From Ascoidea asiatica JCM 7603 (lineage: Eukaryota; Fungi; Ascomycota), in contig BCKQ01000004.1 of NCBI GenBank assembly GCA_001600695.1, forward strand, positions 355,583-419,582: a stretch of 64,000 bases of DNA, given 5' to 3'. The position numbers and the translations under genes were made by a program. Under the pieces are notes generated by a model, which ran no database searches, was not told the origin of the DNA, and was given only the letters and a program-made list of their open reading frames with translations. This document shows, one piece after another, positions 1-9,439 of this stretch (positions are counted from its first letter, which is position 1; each line of letters starts with the position of its first letter).

Positions 1-2
1 AA

Positions 3-93
<91 letters not shown>

Positions 94-95
94 AT
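1..95. repeat. (AAAT)n tetranucleotide microsatellite downstream of SPT3
   Basis: Perfect AAAT tandem array from the window start to about 95; probably continues beyond the left edge. Confidence 0.95.
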
Positions 96-165
96 TACAC
101 AAGAAGAATAAATGTTTGTTATGAATGTTGAATTGATCACAGTGATGTATTATATTATTATGATA

Positions 166-1191
166 CTAAATGAGTCTAACTTCTCTTCTGAGATTCCCAG
201 CTTTGAATTTCATTAAATGTTTATGAGAGCCTTGTTGTAAAGATCTCCAGGCTTCTTCGATGTGATGAGGTTGTAAAGGTTTTTCAGCTTCTTCTGGTCC
301 ATCAAATAAATATCTTTTTCTTTTTCTTGCCAATGATAATGAATTAATGTTATTACTGTTACCACTATTATTGTTTGAATTTAAAATTGAATTTTTTGAT
401 AATAAATCTTCTTTTTGTTTAACGATTAAAGCTTCTTCAGTTATTGAACAAACAATTTCAAAAGTTAAAAATCCTAGAATATCTATAACATCATCAGATG
501 GTTTTGTTTCTAAAATATATGAAGTGCCACACCAATCTTTAAATCTTTTTGCTTTTCTAAATGTAAAAGAAGCTTGTCTACATTCTGACCAATGAACATA
601 TTCTTCTTTTGTCATATTTTTAGTTCTATCATCTGCTTGTTTCAATCTTTTTAATCCTGCAATTATTGCTTTTTTTTCTTCATCATCATTAATTTCTTCA
701 TCTTCATTATTATTATTTTCTAAAGGTTGTTCTGAAAACATAAATAATAATTCCCATGGTAATCTAATTTTGGATTTTTTTAATTTTGATAAATTATTTT
801 CATTTGTTAAAGATTTTGAATCATTACTAGCATTATTAGTAGCCGAATTTGATTTACTATTCGATTGATCATCAACTAATAAATCTGATGTTTCAACTGA
901 TCCATTTTCTTGTTCTTTTGCATTTTTTCTAACATCTTTCCATGATAGATATGTTCTTAATCTATTTACTTTAGCTTTATCATGTCTAATTAAAAAAATT
1001 ACATCTTCAGGTGATATTGATTTACTATTTCTTGCATATGCTGTTCTACCTGATTGAATCAAAATTTCAACAACTTGTCCTCTAACTATATCTTCAATAA
1101 TCGATGTTGTTTCAATTGGTGGTTCATTTATTTCTCCACTTACAAACATCATCTGCTGTATCTCAACTCGATATTTATATTTATCACTCAT
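166..1191 (-). CDS. SPT3: SAGA complex subunit Spt3
   Basis: N-terminus KYKYRVEIQQMMFVSGE, FLIRHDKAKVNRLRTYLSWKDVRK and MTKEEYVHWSECRQASFTFRK are Spt3 histone-fold signatures. Confidence 0.95.
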   Translation of the reverse strand: MSDKYKYRVEIQQMMFVSGEINEPPIETTSIIEDIVRGQVVEILIQSGRTAYARNSKSISPEDVIFLIRHDKAKVNRLRTYLSWKDVRKNAKEQENGSVETSDLLVDDQSNSKSNSATNNASNDSKSLTNENNLSKLKKSKIRLPWELLFMFSEQPLENNNNEDEEINDDEEKKAIIAGLKRLKQADDRTKNMTKEEYVHWSECRQASFTFRKAKRFKDWCGTSYILETKPSDDVIDILGFLTFEIVCSITEEALIVKQKEDLLSKNSILNSNNNSGNSNNINSLSLARKRKRYLFDGPEEAEKPLQPHHIEEAWRSLQQGSHKHLMKFKAGNLRREVRLI

Positions 1192-1645
1192 TTTTATATC
1201 CCTATATATATTATCGTATCATAGTATATGTTCCTGAATATTGGATCTTTGATACTATATTATATTGAATAGTTCTTTTCTTATTATCTATTATTTATTA
1301 TCTTTATTATCTTTATTATCTTTATTATCTTTATAAAGACTAAAATGAGAATAAACATTGTAGTATCCAATCCCCGCAATATTGCGCGTTTCTTTTATTG
1401 CTCAACCGATAGCCACTCGACCATAAGCAATAAACCACGTGATTCCCCGTTCACATCAATTCCTCTCATCTGCAATGCTTATAATGGTGCAAATTGATTA
1501 AATTCCATTTAATCAATAAATAATGAAAATGAAAATCTGAATTCTTGATTGATTCCTTTAAATCAATTACTTCAATTTGATACAAAAAAAAACATGTTGC
1601 TCTACGCTCATTAGATTTAAATTATTTCGATTAGATTTGAAATAA

Positions 1646-2434
1646 TTAACTAATTAACTCTTTTAGTATTCCTTTGATTTGATTCTCTTTTAAATTCAAT
1701 TCTTTGAATTCATTATCTATATCTTCATTTTCATCCTTGCTTTCTGCTTGTATTTCATTGTGATCTTCATTTTGATTTTTTTCGATTTTTTTAATCTCAT
1801 TATTATCTTCTTCTTTCTTATTGATTTGTTTTATAATACCGTTTATTCTATCCTTAACTAAATTTGTATCATTTTCAATTTTCAAAATTTCTTCATTTTT
1901 ACTTTCTAATTGTTTTGTTAATAAAATTATCAAAGATTCTCTTGATTGATGTGGTCTATATTCATTTAATAAATGGTGGATATTAATTAAAATTATACGT
2001 AATTTTTCCAAATTTTCTGAATATAAATTTGGATTTATTGACATAACTCCAATAATTTCTAAAAAAATTAATAATAATGATTTGATTAACTTTTTTAATT
2101 CAAAAATTCTTTGTGCTGAAGGTGTATCATTTTTTTCATTATTTCCAATATCTTTATATAATTGTGGTATGTTTTGTTCTTCTAATTTTGGAATATTATC
2201 TTCAAATGGCCATATATTTCCAAATGATCGATAGTTTTTACCAATTGGAGGTTTTGGTGGTATTAAAAATTTAAATTCTTCTTTTGGATAATTTTTCTCA
2301 TCTTTATCATTCAAATATATTTCTTTATTCTCTTTTAACCAGTTTTTTGCTTTTTCAATATTCTCTTCAGTGAAAAATTTATAATAAGGAGGAGGTGGAG
2401 GGTATAATGATGCTAAATTAGCTTCTTCTGACAT
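1646..2434 (-). CDS. MED7: Mediator subunit Med7
   Basis: SLYPPPPPYYKFFT and NIHHLLNEYRPHQSRESLI are Med7 motifs. Confidence 0.95.
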   Translation of the reverse strand: MSEEANLASLYPPPPPYYKFFTEENIEKAKNWLKENKEIYLNDKDEKNYPKEEFKFLIPPKPPIGKNYRSFGNIWPFEDNIPKLEEQNIPQLYKDIGNNEKNDTPSAQRIFELKKLIKSLLLIFLEIIGVMSINPNLYSENLEKLRIILINIHHLLNEYRPHQSRESLIILLTKQLESKNEEILKIENDTNLVKDRINGIIKQINKKEEDNNEIKKIEKNQNEDHNEIQAESKDENEDIDNEFKELNLKENQIKGILKELIS

Positions 2435-2913
2435 TGTATATATAGTATATTCTGTTATGTTCTTTTGAAAATATTTTAATGAAAGTCTGTAAGTTCAATA
2501 ATTGAATAACTGAAATCTTGAAAGTAATAAAAGAGACCTTTAAGCTAACTGCTAGTAAATATTCTTAAATATTATATTTTAGGTGGTTTAGAGTAAGAGC
2601 TAAAACAATGTCGGCGAGTTAACCTTTGAAACCAAAACTTTCCCACTTGAAAAATAATTTCCACATTAATAAATACCTTTATAAATGATATATATTTAAA
2701 AGTTTTGAGAAAGTAATATAATCAGAAATAATCTGCTCCGTACTGCGAAGGTTAGAAACTCTGAAATATTGAAACCCGAAGATTCTTTCAAAGAGATTTG
2801 AATCGAAGTAATTGAAATAAAAAGAATTTATTGAGATCACAATCATGATACACTGAAAAAAAATTTATCAGAATTTTTATAAGTTATTGTCTATTCTTTC
2901 AATACAATTCAAG

Positions 2914-5697
2914 ATGGCTAGCGATTCTGAATCACAGACCCGACCTGCTCCAAGGTTAAAGATTCTTCTCAGATTGCCGAATCAAGACAAGAAAAGAAAA
3001 CAAGAGAATAATGATAATAGTGATAACAAAGCTGATTACGATTCTGCTACGGATAATAATTATGAAAATTCTAATCGCTCTGATAATGATATCGATCAAG
3101 ATACTACAAGTGAAACTGAAAATGAAGTTGAAACAAACCTGATTGCTTCTGAAAGAAATTCACCATCTCCAATTCCAGCTGGCATACATTTAGATTTACC
3201 TGTATCTAAAAAAGAATCAACTAAAATTAAAGAAAATTCAGAAACTAAGGAAAAAGATAATGAAGGCGATCATTCCATTCCAAATGAAACTTTGAAAAAA
3301 AAACATAAGAAAAATCCTCTTGCCGGTAAAAAAGTAAGTGATGAAATTCTTGAAAGAAGAAAACAAGGGAGAATAAAAGCTGCTGAATCTATAGCAAATA
3401 TAATCAAAAAGTCGGGTATTGAGAAAGTTGAAAACTCGTTAAAATTCTCTTTATTCAATCAAATTAATGTAATAAATCAAAAAAATTATTATACAGATTA
3501 TTTAAAAAAAGATGATCAGATTTCATTTTTAAGAGATAGAAAAGAGCTTTATTCTGTTAAAAGAGGACGAAAAACAAAAGCAGAAAAAGAAAAGCAAAGT
3601 CAATCTGAAAAGGAAAAAGACCCAAAAGGAAAAGATTTAAGTACAAAGGATAAAGGGCTTAATGATTTTGAAACAGGTCTTGATGAAGAAGATGATAATG
3701 ATGCAGAAATTGAAAATGAACCAGCTGGCTCTAGAACCATTGTTATACATCCTGGCTCAGAGAATTTAAGAATTGGCTTAGCTACTGATATTTTCCCCAA
3801 AACTATACCTTTTGTAATTGCGGTTCCAAATTCTAATGATCAATATATAGCAGAAACAATCTCTCCTAATAGAGATATTTCTCCAATTTCCAATGAATCT
3901 CTCTCAAGAAATCAAAGTAAAAATGTTAATTCTAATACATTATTCAGCAACCAATTTAATGATGCCAAAAAATTGATATATAAAGATTTTAGGGAAAGAA
4001 TGAAATATTATAAAAGAAAAGTTATTCCTAATTCTCATGAAACAGTTATGAATTTTAATAAAAAAGCAACGGGTGAACAAATTTTAGATCATAACGATCC
4101 TCATAAAATTGATTGGCTAACCAAAAATACTCCATATTTAAAAGAAAAAAAGTTTTTGATAGGAGATGATGTATTTAGGCTTTCGGACGATTCAGAATAT
4201 CTAATTAAATATCCAATTAGAAACGGAAGATTCAATGAAAACCCTAAATATTATAAAAGTCCTCAAGAGATAATTGGTGATATTCAATTGATTATGACCG
4301 AGTTTTTGAAGAGTGAATTTGATCTAACCTATGACCAATTTAGCAACTATAACGTGATATTAATCATTCCTGATTTATATGATAAATCATATGTTGAAAC
4401 ATGGATACAATTAATATTAATGATGAATTTTAATGCATTAGCTGTTACTCAAGAAGCAGTTGCTGCAACATTCGGGGCAGGAATATCATCAGCATGTGTT
4501 GTTGATATTGGCGCACATGAAACGAAAATTTCTTGTGTAGATGAAGGAATGACTATCAATGATTCAAGAGTTAAATTAGATTATGGAGGAGAAGATGTAA
4601 CTAAATCTTTTATCAAATTATTACTTCAAAGTAAGTTTCCTTATTCTACAATAAATTTAAATAGGCATTATGATTGGAAATTTGCCAATGAATTAAAAGA
4701 AAAATTTATCACTTTTCAGGATGCTGATATTGCAATTCAGTTATATCAATTTACGCGAAGGGTTCCTAATTTTACTACCCAGCAGTTTAACTTCAGATGT
4801 TTTGATGAAGTTATGTTAGCACCAATGGGCTTATTTTACCCAGCTTTATTTGATTTAACAAATGTTGAAAAAAAGGATATTCATAGTTTTGACGGTACTT
4901 TAGTGTCCAAATGCAAAGACATTTACACTGGTTCTCCAAATAATCCCTCTTCTTTGGCTCAACATAATTTACTATATAAAATGAAATTTGCCAATCTAAC
5001 TGATGAGGAAATTGTAAAAAGATTATTGTTATTGAAAGAAGATGATATTAACAATAATAATTTAAATATTCAGAGATTGATTTTCAATGAAAGGGAAGAG
5101 AAGTCTATTATAGAATCGGAACTAGACTTAGCTATCATCGAATCTATAACAAATGCTACCAAAACTGATTTTAATAAAGCTAAAAGGTTTTATGAGAGTA
5201 TTTTGGTTATAGGAGGTGGCTCAAAAATTCCTGGTTTAGATACAATCTTGAGAGATAGAATACACATATGGAGACCATATTCTTTATCAGTAGCAAATTT
5301 AAATAGTGTTTTAGGCGTGATAAATAAGGAATGGGAAACTAGGCAAGGAGAATTGCTAAGAGAAAAAACTATTTTAAAGCAAAAGTCCAAACCAACAGAT
5401 ATCAAAAAAGAGGGTAAAATTGATTTCTCGGTTATTGACATCTGCTTATCTGAAGAAGAGATTATTCAATTATTAACAGATGTGATTTCCGAAAAATTAA
5501 CTGAAACTCTCGAAACAGTTGGTGGAAGTACTTCACCAGTTGAATTCATTCCAATTTCAAGACCAGAAACTCTTTGCTGGAAAGGAGCTAGCGTTTTGGC
5601 GAGATTAAAAATAATTCAAGAATTATGGATATTTAGGAAAGATTGGGATGCTTTAGGAAGTCGAACTTTGAATTATAAAGTTCTATTTAATTACTAA
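2914..5697 (+). CDS. ARP8: Actin-related protein Arp8 (INO80 complex)
   Basis: INQKNYYTDYLKKDDQ, IVIHPGSENLRIG, ACVVDIGAHETKISCVDEG and WKGASVL; long acidic/basic N-terminal extension. First ATG is at 2914 (track start 2887 is TTG). Confidence 0.93.
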   Translation: MASDSESQTRPAPRLKILLRLPNQDKKRKQENNDNSDNKADYDSATDNNYENSNRSDNDIDQDTTSETENEVETNLIASERNSPSPIPAGIHLDLPVSKKESTKIKENSETKEKDNEGDHSIPNETLKKKHKKNPLAGKKVSDEILERRKQGRIKAAESIANIIKKSGIEKVENSLKFSLFNQINVINQKNYYTDYLKKDDQISFLRDRKELYSVKRGRKTKAEKEKQSQSEKEKDPKGKDLSTKDKGLNDFETGLDEEDDNDAEIENEPAGSRTIVIHPGSENLRIGLATDIFPKTIPFVIAVPNSNDQYIAETISPNRDISPISNESLSRNQSKNVNSNTLFSNQFNDAKKLIYKDFRERMKYYKRKVIPNSHETVMNFNKKATGEQILDHNDPHKIDWLTKNTPYLKEKKFLIGDDVFRLSDDSEYLIKYPIRNGRFNENPKYYKSPQEIIGDIQLIMTEFLKSEFDLTYDQFSNYNVILIIPDLYDKSYVETWIQLILMMNFNALAVTQEAVAATFGAGISSACVVDIGAHETKISCVDEGMTINDSRVKLDYGGEDVTKSFIKLLLQSKFPYSTINLNRHYDWKFANELKEKFITFQDADIAIQLYQFTRRVPNFTTQQFNFRCFDEVMLAPMGLFYPALFDLTNVEKKDIHSFDGTLVSKCKDIYTGSPNNPSSLAQHNLLYKMKFANLTDEEIVKRLLLLKEDDINNNNLNIQRLIFNEREEKSIIESELDLAIIESITNATKTDFNKAKRFYESILVIGGGSKIPGLDTILRDRIHIWRPYSLSVANLNSVLGVINKEWETRQGELLREKTILKQKSKPTDIKKEGKIDFSVIDICLSEEEIIQLLTDVISEKLTETLETVGGSTSPVEFIPISRPETLCWKGASVLARLKIIQELWIFRKDWDALGSRTLNYKVLFNY

Positions 5698-6044
5698 GGA
5701 GTCTTTTATATACTTTTTTGAAAAATATTTTGACTCAGTGTTATCTATCGCTTTAATGATTTTAAATAATAGTTTGTATTTATAAAATTTTTTTTTTTCA
5801 TAATTTGGTGCAATATACTTTTGAATTTAATAATAAATTTCAAGTATAAATATAAGTAAATGCTTAATTTATATAGGCGGATTCAATGAATCGTGATTAG
5901 CTAAATTAAAAAAAAAAAAATACTATCTTATGCTTCTAAATATCAAAAGAATTAGATGATATTTGATGCTATTATAGAACAAGGCAAAAAAAAAGAAATC
6001 AAAGCATAAAAAAAATGTCTATATGAAAGAAAAATTAAGGAAAA

Positions 6045-8192
6045 TCACCATGTAAAACTCTCTTCTTCATAAGAAATATCGAAAATAAAGTTTTTATCTA
6101 TTGAATTCTTTACAGCGAACCTTAAATCATCATTGAATCCAGAAGGCCCACAGCCTATTACATTTATATCTTTTCCTTCAGGTGATGCAGTACAATTTTT
6201 GACCAAGCTCATTAAATCTGGCCTTTTACCATCTAAACTGGTTACACTATAAAGCATAGGAGATGAATTATTGATTGAAGTTTTATTATTCTGTTTGTTT
6301 CCAGTACATAAGACTTCAACATAACAACCATTTTCTGCAAGCCAATTCAAATGATCATGAAACCAAGCTAGATTATTTATATCATGGACAACCCAGTAAA
6401 ATAAATAATCACTATCTGGGATTCCCATATTTTCTGATCTTTTGGAATCATCAGAATCTTCATGATCTTTTTTTTCCGGTAAATCTACTTGACAGATCCT
6501 ATTGTCAAATGTTTTCTTGATAATATCAGCAAATTTGGGGAAAACACCAGTTACTCCTAAACCAGCACCAATACCTAGAAATTTCTTATTTTTCAAAAGA
6601 TTTTTTCTAATACCAAGGTGACTACCATAAGGACCCTCTAACAATGCTTTGACATGAACAGATTCACCCATTTTAACACTATTTAATAGCGAATAGACAT
6701 GTTTGGTCACTCCTTTTTTAGCAGTGAAGTATATTGTGCATTCATCATCATCAACACTATCATTATTACTATTATTGATATTACTTGATAAAACAGTAAA
6801 TGGATGTGATTGCCAACTTAAATACCATGGTGACAAGAAATAAATATAAACAAATGAACCAACATAATAGTTTGCCAATTGGGATTTTTTGAATTTAAGT
6901 CTTATTACATTATTTTCATATTTTGTAAGCTGAACAGTGTTGATACCCTTATTGATGATAAAAATTCGAATAAATCTAATTAGTCTATCAAAAATCCAAA
7001 TACCTGCCATTGACCAAATCCAGCCAAGCCATCCTAACGTATTACAATGATAATACATTGCAATAATAAAAAGAACATTAAAAATTTTGTGAATCATTAA
7101 AAATGTTTCATAACAAAGATCTCTAATTATTTTTTCACTCTGAAAAACAATAAGAAATGTTAAAGTAGTTGCAACAATTCCCCATTGCCAATAAGGATCG
7201 ATTACCCAAGCTTTATAGCCTCCATCATGAATTGCATCTACAGTCCATATGATTGAATGAATAAAAGCTAATACAGTCATAACATAAGCAGACCATTTGT
7301 GGAAAACATTAAAATCAGCAAAACTAAAACCGGTGAAATAAATAAAAAAATTATTTCTAATTCCAAAAAGATAAATGACAGGAAATAGAGATATACACAT
7401 TAAATCTGTTCTATAACTTATTAAATCTAAATTCATCATCCATCTATCATTGATATAAGCATTGGGTAGTTTTAATTCATAATCAACACACGATGTAATA
7501 ATGGTTTGAATTATGAAAAGAGTGATTATAATTGAATGTAAACGAATAGGAATATTCATAGGTATAAATTTCAAAAAAAAATACGTTATTTCATGATCCT
7601 TTTTAAATGTTGCAGGAATGATAAACTTTTTTTTTATAGATAAAGGAATTTTATATCCAAGAAGTTTGGAATTCAACTCAAATATTGCACCGAAAACTAA
7701 AACTGCTGTCCAGAAAAACACTAAACCCCAACCAAACCATTGACTCTTTTCAACACTTACAGTAAAGTCCTTAAAACTTTTATGATAATAAGCAAATTCT
7801 GTAAGATTGTTCAATAAAGGATATTGAACAGTAGTTTCTTTATCATCATCAGTTGGATATTGAAGATAATTGGTAGCATTTTCATAAACATTTTCTAAAT
7901 ATTCAACAGTATAATTAAAACCACCTTTTTGTTCACAACGAGTTGCAATATGTTGAAAAGCGTGCTTCACTAATCTAGAACTATTCGAAGTTGATTCTAC
8001 ACAATTTGTAACCGATCCTAACCATTCAATATTGGCACATCTACAAGCATACAACTTTTTCCCATTTCCATGACCTCCACATCCAAAATCATAGGTCTTC
8101 ATATAATAAACACAAGCTGAAGCTAATGTGGAATCAACGATGACCAATCCAGAAGCCACATTGAGAATAAAGCAAATTAGCAGGAGTTTCAT
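6045..8192 (-). CDS. Ferric/cupric reductase (FRE/CFL family, NOX-like)
   Basis: Signal peptide and Cys-rich ectodomain; heme-ligating His pairs (FHKW..FIHS, IHKI..YYHC); FAD motif HPFT; NADPH motif GAGLG; CGP-like GCGP; C-terminal EESFTW. Confidence 0.92.
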   Translation of the reverse strand: MKLLLICFILNVASGLVIVDSTLASACVYYMKTYDFGCGGHGNGKKLYACRCANIEWLGSVTNCVESTSNSSRLVKHAFQHIATRCEQKGGFNYTVEYLENVYENATNYLQYPTDDDKETTVQYPLLNNLTEFAYYHKSFKDFTVSVEKSQWFGWGLVFFWTAVLVFGAIFELNSKLLGYKIPLSIKKKFIIPATFKKDHEITYFFLKFIPMNIPIRLHSIIITLFIIQTIITSCVDYELKLPNAYINDRWMMNLDLISYRTDLMCISLFPVIYLFGIRNNFFIYFTGFSFADFNVFHKWSAYVMTVLAFIHSIIWTVDAIHDGGYKAWVIDPYWQWGIVATTLTFLIVFQSEKIIRDLCYETFLMIHKIFNVLFIIAMYYHCNTLGWLGWIWSMAGIWIFDRLIRFIRIFIINKGINTVQLTKYENNVIRLKFKKSQLANYYVGSFVYIYFLSPWYLSWQSHPFTVLSSNINNSNNDSVDDDECTIYFTAKKGVTKHVYSLLNSVKMGESVHVKALLEGPYGSHLGIRKNLLKNKKFLGIGAGLGVTGVFPKFADIIKKTFDNRICQVDLPEKKDHEDSDDSKRSENMGIPDSDYLFYWVVHDINNLAWFHDHLNWLAENGCYVEVLCTGNKQNNKTSINNSSPMLYSVTSLDGKRPDLMSLVKNCTASPEGKDINVIGCGPSGFNDDLRFAVKNSIDKNFIFDISYEEESFTW

Positions 8193-8546
8193 TTTCTAAA
8201 GCTTTCTTTTTGGTACCTTGTAAATTTTTTTTACTTTTTAATTTTACTTCGATAGAAAAGGTATTGGCCTCATTTTTTTAGAAATTTAAAGTAGGAAAAA
8301 TTATATATCTTTATATATCTGTAATGAAACAATTTTTCAGATTAGATCATAATAAAGACAACATGCATTTATTGTTTTAAACAGAAATATCAAACTCAAA
8401 CCAGCTAGACAATAGCTGCTGATATTTTTTACCTGTTGAAATTCTAGCTTTCCTGTGAACCAGAATTACATTTCACTTGAAAAACAGTAATATTGAAACA
8501 AGGTTTGGTAAAACGGTGGAGTGAAAATAAAAAAATTGAGAAAAGT

Positions 8547-9147
8547 TGAGCAAATATATGCGATTTGGGGAGGTGGAAGAACCTCCCAGAAAGTAAGCAG
8601 ATCAAAATGATAAAAATCATAAATCTGACATTGGAAGTATGAAGGGATTTGCTCCCTTATGGTAAATATTATTTAAATATCAAAATCTAAGCTTTAATAA
8701 GTTTCAAGAAAAAAGAAAAATTGGGTGGATAACAAGATTTGGGATCCTCATGGCGAGCAGATTATTCTGAAATTGGAATTTCCACAGTGATAATTTAAGA
8801 AAACGAGCATATTATTCTAAAATGAGAAATTCAAAAAAAAAAAATGTTCATTTTCTCCTTCTGGTAATCTTTTTTCTCTATCAATAAAATAGCTCTGGTT
8901 GAGTTAATTATTTTTCAAAAGCTCAATTTTCATTAAGAGTATCTTAAACTAATTATTTACCTGTCATTTAGAACTTGGATGAATATGTACCTTTCACAAA
9001 AAATTGATGGTTTATTATGTTTTCTTTTTTATTTGAGAATATTTTGATAAACAAAAGAGGGAAATCAATAAGTATTTGATTGATACTAAATGTCTATTGT
9101 TTTTTGTGCCCTACAATTTATAAAAATTACTACTTATTATTTGCTCA
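8547..9147. promoter_or_regulatory. Candidate Mac1-type copper-response elements in the FRE promoter
   Basis: TGAGCAAA at 8547-8554, TTTGCTCC at 8648-8655 and TTTGCTCA at 9140-9147, plus two CGAGCA(G/T)A variants at 8754 and 8804. Confidence 0.55.
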
Positions 9148-9439
9148 TAACTATACAATTACATACGACCTTTGAGATACCAAAGTATCAACTATTAACT
9201 GCCAATGATAATTTGCAACAGCATATTAAACTATTTTATATACAGTTTTAAAAGTTTCAGAGCTTTTTTTTGAAAACAAATTATTGCTCTGAATTTTAAA
9301 AACTCAAGCCAGAAAAATAGTTCTCTCTTCAATAAAATTTATTTTTAAATTACTAGTATACTGTATATTTAAACCAGTATTTTCTTGGAGATTATTGGCG
9401 CATATCTTATTTACATAGGATTTTATTAAAATGTATTTT

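Noticed and set aside
2887-2913. TTG-initiated N-terminal extension of ARP8 (similar near-cognate starts for KRI1, CTR2, PHO85 and the 60256 ORF)
   Set aside because: Track artefact from allowing bacterial-type start codons; in-frame ATGs or spliced first exons explain the genes.
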